A DNA stretch of 32,000 nt from NCBI GenBank assembly GCA_944384415.1, contig CALWTF010000014.1, positions 1,741 through 33,740 on the forward strand, given 5' to 3'. Of this stretch, positions 11,209 to 19,079 are shown piece after piece; within the stretch, counting starts at the first letter, position 1, and the number at the start of each line of letters is the position of its first letter. Origin of the DNA: an uncultured Clostridia bacterium. GTDB lineage: Bacteria; Bacillota; Clostridia; Christensenellales; UBA1242. The notes beneath the pieces were generated by a model. That model saw nothing but the letters and a program-made list of their open reading frames with translations. It was not told where the DNA came from and made no database searches. The position numbers and the translations under genes were made by a program.

Positions 11209-11450
11209 ATTTCCGCACTTTTCCGCATAACAAAGGCTTTTGCAAGTTTTTACACAAAAACGCTATTTTTAGGGTTTTCCCACAGGTTTTTAACACTTTC
11301 CCACTGTTTTCCCACCACTTATTAGCAAATTTTTACCCACTTTTCCACCAATACTCCTAAAATTAAACCCTTATTACATAAGGGTTTTTTATCAAAAAAT
11401 GCCACTTTTCCACTTTTCCACACCATATACTATTATTTCGACTGGATAAA
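11209..11450 (+). promoter_or_regulatory. DnaA-box array in the divergent dnaA/dnaN spacer (candidate oriC core)
   Basis: Same-orientation 9-mers of type TTT(T/C)CC(A/G)C(A/T/C). These are ATTTCCGCA 11209, TTTTCCGCA 11219, TTTCCCACA 11276, TTTCCCACT 11297, TTTCCCACC 11308, TTTACCCAC 11332, TTTTCCACC 11341, TTTTCCACT 11406 and TTTTCCACA 11414. One opposite-strand TTATCCAGT lies at 11441-11449. Confidence 0.75.
11365..11390. other. Strong stem-loop inside the DnaA-box array
   Basis: AAACCCTTA (11365-11373) pairs with TAAGGGTTT (11379-11387) around a 5-nt loop, followed by a T-run. It looks like a terminator, but no gene ends here. Confidence 0.5.
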
Positions 11451-11480
11451 AATAAAATAAAAAATATCAAGTAAGTGGGG

Positions 11481-11509
11481 TTGCATTTTTAATACATATG
11501 TGTTAAAAT
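11481..11509 (+). promoter_or_regulatory. Candidate promoter for dnaN
   Basis: TTGCAT (11481-11486), a 17-nt spacer, then TGtTAAAAT (-10 at 11504-11509). Followed by a leader of about 70 nt and an AAGGAGAG SD before the ATG at 11588. Confidence 0.6.
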
Positions 11510-11587
11510 TGCCCTGAAAATGCTATTAAATAACAAGCTAATAAAACTGCTTGTTTACTTAAAAGCATAAGAAGGAGAGTTATAACT

Positions 11588-12691
11588 ATGAAATTTTCTT
11601 GTTCAGGGTTAGACTTGTCCGATGCAGTTTTAAAAGTTGTTCGTGCAGCAGCTGTTAGAACTACCAATCCAATTTTGGAATGTGTAAAACTTTCAGCCGA
11701 AGACGATAAACTAACACTTACTTGCACTGACTTGGAACTAACCATAATCAAAACAATTAAAGCCGATGTTAAAATTGAAGGCGAAGCTGTAATTCCTGCA
11801 AAGTTCTTTTCTGAATTTGCACGAATGATTTCAAGTGAGCAAATAACTTTTACAATGCGAGATAATAACACTTTTGAAATCCTTTATGGTTCAAACACAG
11901 CTACACTTCAATGCCAAAATGCTGAGGAGTTTCCACAACCAAAAGAACTTGAAGCTCCAGAAAAAATTGTAATTAAAAGCAATAATTTTAAAGACCTTGT
12001 AACTAAAGCAAGCGTTGCAGTAGCTCAAGATGATTCAAGACCAATGCTAAAAGGTATTCTTCTTGAAATAAATGGAAATGAACTAAATGGTGTTGCTCTT
12101 GATGGTGTTCGTATGGCGCTAATAAAAAAACAAATCGAAAGTGCAACTGCCGAATTTGGAATAATTGTTTCTGCAAGAAGTTTGCTTGAAATAATTAAAC
12201 TTTTACCAGAAAAAAACAACGAAATAACAATTTTAACACAAAAAAATCATTTAATGATAAATCTTGATGACACAATTTTAATTACTCGTCTTTTAGGGCA
12301 TCGTGCCGATTTTGTTTCATATCAACAAATCATTCCAAATGAATTTTCAACAAGCATAACTGTTAACAAACAACATTTATCAGATACAATTGAGCGTGCA
12401 AGTTTATTAAACCGTATTGAAAGAAATCACATTATCAATTTAAACATAAAAGATGAAACAATGGTAATAACTTCGCAAAGTGAATTAGGAAATATTACCG
12501 AGCATTTACAAATAGTTCACACTGGAAATGATTTAAAAATTGATTTTAATGGTCGTTTTATTACAGATGCATTACATGTAATAAATGAGCAATTTGTAAA
12601 AATTAATTTTGGTGGAAGTATGAGTCCTTGTATAATAACAGGAAATGATACAAATGAATATCTTTATTTAATACTTCCAATGAGAGTATAA
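11588..12691 (+). CDS. dnaN: DNA polymerase III beta sliding clamp
   Basis: 367 aa. MKFSCSGLDLSDAVLKVVRAAAVRTTNPILECVKLSAEDDKLTLTCTDLELTI... and C-terminal SPCIITG...YLILPMRV are typical of the beta clamp. Confidence 0.95.
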   Translation: MKFSCSGLDLSDAVLKVVRAAAVRTTNPILECVKLSAEDDKLTLTCTDLELTIIKTIKADVKIEGEAVIPAKFFSEFARMISSEQITFTMRDNNTFEILYGSNTATLQCQNAEEFPQPKELEAPEKIVIKSNNFKDLVTKASVAVAQDDSRPMLKGILLEINGNELNGVALDGVRMALIKKQIESATAEFGIIVSARSLLEIIKLLPEKNNEITILTQKNHLMINLDDTILITRLLGHRADFVSYQQIIPNEFSTSITVNKQHLSDTIERASLLNRIERNHIINLNIKDETMVITSQSELGNITEHLQIVHTGNDLKIDFNGRFITDALHVINEQFVKINFGGSMSPCIITGNDTNEYLYLILPMRV

Positions 12692-12718
12692 ACAGGTAGC
12701 ACACCTGTTTATTTTTTT
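12690..12718 (+). terminator. Intrinsic terminator after dnaN
   Basis: AAACAGGT (12690-12697) pairs with ACCTGTTT (12703-12710) around a 5-nt loop, then ATTTTTTT. Confidence 0.8.
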
Positions 12719-12817
12719 GCAAAAAAATTTAATATTTTTTTAAAAAACATATAAAAACAATATATTTTTACTTAATTAATATAAAAAATTTGCAAATTAA
12801 TTAAAACAACTTTATTA

Positions 12818-12826
12818 TTATCCACT
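12818..12826 (+). promoter_or_regulatory. Isolated DnaA box TTATCCACT in the AT-rich dnaN-rpmH spacer
   Basis: Direct read of the sequence. Same orientation as the main array. Confidence 0.45.
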
Positions 12827-12974
12827 TATAAACAATTTTAGTTTATAATTAAAAATTTTACTTTTTCTTTTTCTATAATATACTATATTATATATATAAA
12901 AAAATATTAAAAAAATTTTATCTAATTAATTTTGTTTATAAATTTTTCAAATATAACTTTTATAAGTTTTAATA

Positions 12975-13003
12975 TTGACTTTTTTAGTGTTTTATAGTAT
13001 AAT
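12975..13003 (+). promoter_or_regulatory. Promoter of the rpmH operon
   Basis: TTGACT (12975-12980), a 17-nt spacer, then TATAAT (12998-13003). About 50 nt upstream of the rpmH ATG. Confidence 0.75.
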
Positions 13004-13056
13004 CACACTACAGTATTTTTAATATAATACAAGTTAAAACAGGAGTGTGTAGAGTT

Positions 13057-13191
13057 ATGAAAAGAACATATCAACCTAAAAAGCGTCAAAGACAAAAAGT
13101 TCACGGTTTTCGTCAGCGTATGAAAACTCAAGGTGGCCGAAATGTTATAAAGCGTCGTCGTGCGCGTGGTAGAAAGCAATTAGCCGTATAA
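13057..13191 (+). CDS. rpmH: 50S ribosomal protein L34
   Basis: Not in the ORF track because it is short. Translation is [44 protein letters not shown], the hallmark L34 sequence. AGGAG SD at 13041-13045. Confidence 0.97.
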   Translation: MKRTYQPKKRQRQKVHGFRQRMKTQGGRNVIKRRRARGRKQLAV

Positions 13192-13216
13192 AAAAATAAT
13201 TTAAAGGTGAAGTCAT

Positions 13217-13558
13217 ATGCTTCCAAAACAAAATAGGCTTAAAAAACGCAAAGAATTTGGATACATACACAAAAATGGAAAAAGAGTTCATTCAGAACAT
13301 TTAACATTAACATACATTGAAAGTCGGTTTCCAATTCCTAAAATAGGCGTTGTTGTAAGTAACAAATCAGGAAATGCGGTTGTTCGTAATCGCATTAAAA
13401 GACAATTAAGAGAAATTTTAAAGCAAAATATAAATAATTTGCGCTCTCATCAGAATATCGTCCTTTCTGCGCACCCGAATATTTCGGAGTGCGATTTTTC
13501 TAAATTAGGGGCAGAAATAAATTATCTTTTAAAAAAAGGAAAAAGAATAAATGAATAA
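13217..13558 (+). CDS. rnpA: Ribonuclease P protein component
   Basis: 113 aa, basic. MLPKQNRLKKRKEF...GNAVVRNRIKRQLRE (RNR motif). Canonical position after rpmH. Confidence 0.92.
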   Translation: MLPKQNRLKKRKEFGYIHKNGKRVHSEHLTLTYIESRFPIPKIGVVVSNKSGNAVVRNRIKRQLREILKQNINNLRSHQNIVLSAHPNISECDFSKLGAEINYLLKKGKRINE

Positions 13559-13826
13559 ATTCTTTAAAATAATCTTTGCTCCAATAAGATATCTTTGTAT
13601 CGGTATGATATATACTTATAAATATACTATAAGCGCTATAACACCAGATGTATGTATATATAAACCTTCTTGTTCAATGTATACTTTACAAGCTATTAAA
13701 AGGTTTGGTGTAATAAAGGGTATATATCTTGGTGGAAAGAGAATTTTAAGGTGTCGTCCCGGCTCAAAAGGTGGGATTGACCCAGTTCCTGATGATTTAA
13801 AAAGCAATATTAAATTTTTGGTTTAA
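13551..13826 (+). CDS. yidD: Membrane protein insertion efficiency factor YidD
   Basis: 91 aa. Motifs: CIYKPSCSMYTLQAIKRFG...GGKRILRCRPGSKGGIDPVP. Overlaps the rnpA stop by 8 nt. Confidence 0.88.
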   Translation: MNKFFKIIFAPIRYLCIGMIYTYKYTISAITPDVCIYKPSCSMYTLQAIKRFGVIKGIYLGGKRILRCRPGSKGGIDPVPDDLKSNIKFLV

Positions 13827-13902
13827 CTAAATGTAATAAAATTAACTTTAAAACAATAAAAATTTTTAATTTATATATGTTTTTTAATAAAAAGGAGTAA
13901 AT

Positions 13903-15093
13903 ATGAACATTTTTTCACTTGCAGGTTGGACAACAGATATGTGGAGTCCTATAATAAACCTGTTTAGTTTTATACCAAATTTTGGTTGGATGATAATCGT
14001 GTTTACAATTTGTTTGAAATTAATTTTAAGTCCATTGGATTTTTGGCAACGAAAAGTTAGTAGACAAACTATTATAAAACAACAAAGAATGCAACCAGAA
14101 TTACAAAAAATACAAAAACTTTATGGTAACAATCAACAATTATTAAATCAAAAAACAATGGAATTATATAAGCGTGAAAATTTTAATGTAATGGGTTCTT
14201 GTTTTAGTATGCTTATTAATATGGCATTAACATTATTTATATTTTTAACTTTATTTTATGGTTTGATGGGATTAAGTCAGCAAAATATTTTGAATCAATA
14301 TGAAACATTAAAAAATTCTTATAATTCCGAATTTTCAAAAACATATAATATAGAAAATAATCAAGAAGCAATATATTTAAAAGAAAACGAATTATTACAA
14401 AATGCTTTAACACAAGCGCAAACTGAATTAGGAGCAGATGCAACAGAAGAAGAGTTAAATCAAAAACAACAAGAAATTTTTTACAATGAAATAAAACCAA
14501 TTCAAGAAGCAGTTTTATTAAAGTATAATGAAATAAAAGATAGTTGGTTATGGGTAAAAAGTGTTTGGCGACCAGACACAAGCGCATCAAGTTTTCCAGA
14601 TTATCAAAGTTTTGTTTCATTATCAAATTATTATAATTCATCAAATTATCTTGAATTAATAAATGGAAAAAATGATGAAGAAATAAAATCTATTAATACA
14701 CAACTAGAAAATCAATATAACACTGTTACTAATTTAGTTCAAGTTGAATACAGTAGTTGGAATGGATATTTTATATTAGTAATTTTAGCCGCAGTAATTT
14801 CTTATTTTTCAATGGTTGTAACCCAAATGCAAAGCACAAAAAAGAAAAATAATGATAACAAAAATTTAAACGAAATGCCACAAAAAACTGGTATGAAAGT
14901 TATGAGATTTATACTTCCATTAATTATGGTAATTTTTACAATCGGTTATAATGCAGCTTTTGCTCTTTATATCGTAATTAACTCACTTATGTCAATGATT
15001 TTATCTTTAGTATTTCTTAAAATATTTGAAGAAAAAGAAAAAAAGCAAAAAATAACAATTAAAGATAAAAACAAGCCAGAGTATAGTAGATAA
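13903..15093 (+). CDS. yidC: Membrane protein insertase YidC/Oxa1 family, with a long internal insertion
   Basis: 396 aa. KLILSPLDFWQRKVSRQTIIKQQRMQPELQKIQKLYGNNQQLLNQKTMELYKRENFNVMGSC is a typical YidC TM1 and coiled-coil region. SWLWVKSVWRPD matches the FLWI..L..PD-type motif. Basic C-terminal tail. Confidence 0.88.
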   Translation: MNIFSLAGWTTDMWSPIINLFSFIPNFGWMIIVFTICLKLILSPLDFWQRKVSRQTIIKQQRMQPELQKIQKLYGNNQQLLNQKTMELYKRENFNVMGSCFSMLINMALTLFIFLTLFYGLMGLSQQNILNQYETLKNSYNSEFSKTYNIENNQEAIYLKENELLQNALTQAQTELGADATEEELNQKQQEIFYNEIKPIQEAVLLKYNEIKDSWLWVKSVWRPDTSASSFPDYQSFVSLSNYYNSSNYLELINGKNDEEIKSINTQLENQYNTVTNLVQVEYSSWNGYFILVILAAVISYFSMVVTQMQSTKKKNNDNKNLNEMPQKTGMKVMRFILPLIMVIFTIGYNAAFALYIVINSLMSMILSLVFLKIFEEKEKKQKITIKDKNKPEYSR

Positions 15094-15103
15094 GGAGAAT
15101 ATT

Positions 15104-15922
15104 ATGAAATCTTACGAATCAACAGGAAAAACAATTGAAGATGCTGTAGAAAATGGATTAAGAATAATGAATTTAACAAAAGCAGATGTAGATATTAAAA
15201 TTTTAAATAAGGGTAATTGGTTTTCAAAAGCAAAAGTTCTAATAACAGTAAATGATAATTTTATTGAAAATTTAGAAAAAAATGAAGAAAAAACAGAAAA
15301 AACACAAGAAAATCAATTAAATTTAACTAAAAATTTGCAAAATTCCAATGAAGAAAAGTTCGTTGAGGAATCAAGTTTTGCGTCTCATCGCATTTTAGAA
15401 GGGCAAAAAAATCAAGAAAATATAACAAAAGAGCAACCAAAACATCTTTATACTAAACAAATCAATCAAAATGGTATACAATCAGCTATAAAATTTTTAA
15501 ATGGTCTATTTGAAAAAATGAATATAGAAGCCGAAATTGAAACAATAGATGAAGAGATGAATACAATTTTAGAAGTAAGAACTAATCAAGCAAGCATTTT
15601 AATTGGAAAGCACGGTGATACAATGTATGCAATCCAAAATATATTAAACATTTTTTTAAATTCAAAAAAATATGAAGAAGATAATTTAAAAAAAATATTA
15701 ATAGATGTTGAAAATTATAGACAAAAACAAGATGAAAAAATTATTGAAAAAGCAAAAATGGCAATTGAAACTTGTATACAAAAAGCTAAACCAGTTAGTT
15801 TGGATTATATGAACGCTTATGAAAGACATTTAGTACACGAATTGGTTTTACAAGATGGAAGAGTTTTAAGTGAAAGTTTTGGTAAAGAACCAAGAAGATT
15901 TGTTAAAATATTTATTAAATAA
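15104..15922 (+). CDS. jag: Jag/KhpB-type RNA-binding protein (Jag_N, KH, R3H)
   Basis: 272 aa. N-terminus GKTIEDAVENGLRIMNLTKADVDIKIL (Jag_N). LIGKHGDTMYAIQ (KH GxxG). C-terminal YERHLVHELV...GKEPRRFVKI (R3H). Canonical position after yidC. Confidence 0.88.
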   Translation: MKSYESTGKTIEDAVENGLRIMNLTKADVDIKILNKGNWFSKAKVLITVNDNFIENLEKNEEKTEKTQENQLNLTKNLQNSNEEKFVEESSFASHRILEGQKNQENITKEQPKHLYTKQINQNGIQSAIKFLNGLFEKMNIEAEIETIDEEMNTILEVRTNQASILIGKHGDTMYAIQNILNIFLNSKKYEEDNLKKILIDVENYRQKQDEKIIEKAKMAIETCIQKAKPVSLDYMNAYERHLVHELVLQDGRVLSESFGKEPRRFVKIFIK

Positions 15923-15950
15923 AAAAAGCACGCGCTAGCGTGTTTTTTTT
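15921..15950. terminator. Bidirectional terminator between convergent jag and parB
   Basis: AAAAAAAG-CACGC-GCTA-GCGTG-TTTTTTTT, a GC-core stem flanked by an A-run and a T-run. Confidence 0.75.
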
Positions 15951-15972
15951 ATAAGCTAATAATGTAATTATA

Positions 15973-17151
15973 TTAATAACCTAATTTTTCCATAAGCGAT
16001 GAAATTCTATCAAGGTCATCACTTGTATAATAATCAATATAAATTCTTCCTTTTTTATTAGTACCAAACATACCAACTTTTGTTTTAAATGTTTTTTGCA
16101 TTCTATTAACAAAATCTTTTAACTCGTCAGATAAACCAATTTTTTCTTTTTTCTTTTCGGTTGGTTGTAAATATTCTTGAATTATTCTTTCAAAATCACG
16201 AACACTAATTTTATCATCACAAGCTTTTCTTGCAAACTTAATTTGGTCTTCTTTGTTTGAAACACCACCTAAAATTTTTGCGTGCGCTGGTGATAATTTC
16301 TTTTTTTCAACCATAGCAATTACTTCAGGTTCCAACTTTAATATGCGCAAAATATTGGTTATTAATGGTCTGCTTACACCTAATTTTGCTGCAACCTCTT
16401 CTTGTGTAAAATTAAATTCATCTATTAATTGTTTAATTGCATACGCAACTTCAACTGGGTTCAAATCTTCTCTTTGTAAATTTTCAATAAGCGCTATTTC
16501 TTTTATTTCACGGTTTGTATAATTTTTAACAATTGCAGGAATAACTTTTATGCCAGCCATTTTTGTTGCGCGATATCTTCTTTCACCTGCAACAATCATA
16601 TATTTACCATTTCTTTCAACAACAATAATTGGTTGAACAACACCGTGTTGTTTTATTGATTCGCTTAATTCTAACAATGCTTCTTTATCAAAATTTTTTC
16701 TTGGTTGTTCAAGATTTACTTCAATTTGTGATATTTGAAGTTGAACCACACCTTGAGGTAGTTCTCTTTTAGATATTTCTTGCTCAATTTTATTAAGTTT
16801 AGATTCCAATGATTTCTTTTTTTCTAAAAAGTCAGGATTTTGTATTGGTTCAATGTTATCATTATTTTTTAAAATTTTTGGTTCTGTTGTTTTTATATCA
16901 TCTAACAATGTTTTAGCTTTTTCTAACACATCATCAACTTGATTAGAATTAGTTGCGTTATTTATGTTAACATTTGCTTCATTTGAAGTTGTTAATTCAA
17001 TTTTTGATTGTTGTCTTTCCTTTTTTTCTTCTTCAACTTTTTTAGCAATATTGCGCATTTTTTCTTTTTCTACTTCACTATTTGCTAAAATTGGGTCATC
17101 ATACATAGAAAATAAAGCGCTTAAACCTTTACCTAAACCGTGTTTTGCCAT
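15973..17151 (-). CDS. parB: Chromosome partitioning protein ParB/Spo0J with an unusually long N-terminal linker
   Basis: 392 aa. N-terminal GLGKGLSALF peptide. ParB/Srx box VQPIIVVERNGKYMIVAGERRYRATKMAG. An HTH segment follows (TQEEVAAKLGVSRPLITN). The start overlaps the parA stop (TAATG). Confidence 0.93.
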   Translation of the reverse strand: MAKHGLGKGLSALFSMYDDPILANSEVEKEKMRNIAKKVEEEKKERQQSKIELTTSNEANVNINNATNSNQVDDVLEKAKTLLDDIKTTEPKILKNNDNIEPIQNPDFLEKKKSLESKLNKIEQEISKRELPQGVVQLQISQIEVNLEQPRKNFDKEALLELSESIKQHGVVQPIIVVERNGKYMIVAGERRYRATKMAGIKVIPAIVKNYTNREIKEIALIENLQREDLNPVEVAYAIKQLIDEFNFTQEEVAAKLGVSRPLITNILRILKLEPEVIAMVEKKKLSPAHAKILGGVSNKEDQIKFARKACDDKISVRDFERIIQEYLQPTEKKKEKIGLSDELKDFVNRMQKTFKTKVGMFGTNKKGRIYIDYYTSDDLDRISSLMEKLGY

Positions 17152-17963
17152 TATAATTCTCCTTTAAATAATATCTTTCTATCTACCATTCTTCCAGTAT
17201 CTTTATTGCGCTTTAAAAATTCAATTACTAAATCTTGATATGCTATTGCGCCTGTGCTTCTATTATCATATATTAAAATAGGAAGACCGTGACTAGGTGC
17301 TTCAGCTAAACGAATATTTCTTGGAATAACTGTATTATATACTTTTCTTCCAAAAAATTTTTTAATTTCATCAGCTACTTCATTAACTAAATTGCTACGA
17401 TTATCTTTCATTGTTAAAACAACCCCTTCAATTTCAATTTCAGGGTTTAAATGTTGTTTAACTAATCTAACAGTATTCATTAATTGAGTTAAACCTTCCA
17501 AAGCATAAAATTCACATTGTATAGGTATTATTATAGTATCGGTAGCTGTTAAAGCATTAACTGTTAAAAGACCTAACGATGGCGGACAGTCAATAGTAAT
17601 ATAATCATATTTATCTTTAACAGAATTTAATGTGTTTTTTAAAACTTTTTCTCTATTTTCTCTTTGAACCAATGCCACTTCTGAACCTGCAAGGTCAACA
17701 TTGCTAGGTAAAATATCCAAACCTTTAATATTTGTTTGTTGTATAGCATCTGTAACCGGACATTCATCTAGTACGATATCATAAAAAGTATTTATATCCT
17801 CTCCTTTGTACACACCAACACCAGTTGTAGCATTTCCTTGTGGGTCTAAATCAACTAAAAGAACTTTTTTTCCATATGCAGCTAAATATGTAGCTACATT
17901 AACACATGTTGTTGTTTTTCCAACACCACCTTTTTGATTAATAAAAGAAACTATCTTTCCCAT
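17151..17963 (-). CDS. parA: ParA/Soj chromosome partitioning ATPase
   Basis: 270 aa. Deviant Walker A INQKGGVGKTTT. Also LVDLDPQGNAT and IDCPPSLG. GGGGTGG SD. Confidence 0.95.
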   Translation of the reverse strand: MGKIVSFINQKGGVGKTTTCVNVATYLAAYGKKVLLVDLDPQGNATTGVGVYKGEDINTFYDIVLDECPVTDAIQQTNIKGLDILPSNVDLAGSEVALVQRENREKVLKNTLNSVKDKYDYITIDCPPSLGLLTVNALTATDTIIIPIQCEFYALEGLTQLMNTVRLVKQHLNPEIEIEGVVLTMKDNRSNLVNEVADEIKKFFGRKVYNTVIPRNIRLAEAPSHGLPILIYDNRSTGAIAYQDLVIEFLKRNKDTGRMVDRKILFKGEL

Positions 17964-18045
17964 AAAACCACCCCTTTTATTATAACTTATTATAAACTAT
18001 ATTTATTTTATTTTCAAGCAAATTAAATAATTTTGTAAAACAAAA

Positions 18046-18063
18046 ATGTTCCACGTGGAACAT
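18046..18063. promoter_or_regulatory. parS site 1
   Basis: ATGTTCCACGTGGAACAT, a perfect 18-bp palindrome. Its core TGTTCCACGTGGAACA differs by 1 nt from the B. subtilis parS consensus TGTTNCACGTGAAACA. Confidence 0.9.
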
Positions 18064-18107
18064 TTTTTAAAACTATTTTATTTTTATAATTTATTTAAAA
18101 TAAATCA

Positions 18108-18125
18108 ATGTTCCACGTGGAACAT
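18108..18125. promoter_or_regulatory. parS site 2
   Basis: Identical 18-mer ATGTTCCACGTGGAACAT. Confidence 0.9.
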
Positions 18126-18289
18126 TTTAAAAATCAATTTATAAAAAAGTATTTCTTTATAATACATTTTAAAATTTGAATTAATAATTTTATTAATATT
18201 TTAGTTAAATTTTATATTAAAAATTTATTAATAATTTTATATATATTTTATAGAAGTTTTAATATAGAAATATTTACTAATAAAAATAA

Positions 18290-18307
18290 ATGTTCCACGT
18301 GGAACAT
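18290..18307. promoter_or_regulatory. parS site 3 (abuts the rsmG stop codon)
   Basis: Identical 18-mer ATGTTCCACGTGGAACAT. Confidence 0.9.
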
Positions 18308-19021
18308 TTATAAAGGATTATCTTTTATTAAATTTTTAAGTCTTGGATATTTTTTATCAGTACTAGATATTTTTTGAATTTCTATTATAGTTCTTTCGTA
18401 TTTTTCTGAGAATTGTTGAATTGAATAATTTTCTATATTTAAAATTTTGCAGTTTAACAATTTTAAAGCATTGTGAGAATTATTTATTTCTTCATTTGTT
18501 TTTAAAGATTTCATTGCAAGTAGTTTACCATTTATTTTTGTAATTGGTATACAATATTCAAGTAATATGTTTAATGGAGCTACTGCTCTTGCTGTTGTGT
18601 AATCAAATTTTTCTCGATTGTTTTGAGCAAATTCTTGTACTCTGGTATGTATTGCTGTGATGTTATCTAAATTTAATTTATTAATAATTAAGTTTAAAAA
18701 ATTTATTCTTTTATTCAAACTATCAATTAAAATCATTTTTATGTCTGGTCTTATTATTTTTAATGGAATACTTGGAAAACCTGCTCCTGCTCCTATATCA
18801 CATATTGATGCATTTTGTTCTATAAATTTAGATAATACACAACTATCAATAAAATGTTTTACTATCACTTCTTCAAATTCAGTGATTTTTGTTAAATTTG
18901 TATGTGAATTATAATCTATTAATAAGTTATAATAATTAAATAATTTTTCTGCTTGTTGTTTGTTTATTGATATGTTGTTTAATTCAAATAATTCGATAAT
19001 TTTTAGTAAATTATTTTCCAT
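18308..19021 (-). CDS. rsmG: 16S rRNA (guanine527-N7)-methyltransferase RsmG
   Basis: 237 aa. SAM motif ICDIGAGAGFPSIPLKI. Canonical position after mnmG. Confidence 0.92.
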   Translation of the reverse strand: MENNLLKIIELFELNNISINKQQAEKLFNYYNLLIDYNSHTNLTKITEFEEVIVKHFIDSCVLSKFIEQNASICDIGAGAGFPSIPLKIIRPDIKMILIDSLNKRINFLNLIINKLNLDNITAIHTRVQEFAQNNREKFDYTTARAVAPLNILLEYCIPITKINGKLLAMKSLKTNEEINNSHNALKLLNCKILNIENYSIQQFSEKYERTIIEIQKISSTDKKYPRLKNLIKDNPL

Positions 19022-19055
19022 ATTAATTATCCTTTATTATTTTTCTTTTTAAAAA

Positions 19056-19073
19056 ATGTTCCACGTGGAACAT
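19056..19073. promoter_or_regulatory. parS site 4 (in the 58-nt mnmG-rsmG spacer)
   Basis: Identical 18-mer ATGTTCCACGTGGAACAT. Confidence 0.9.
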
Positions 19074-19079
19074 TTTTGT

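Noticed and set aside
11092-11871. ORFs 11092-11325 (+) and 11503-11871 (-) in and around the dnaA/dnaN spacer.
   Set aside because: The first is made up of the DnaA-box array and has no SD. The second is antisense to the dnaN start region. Neither has coding-like composition.
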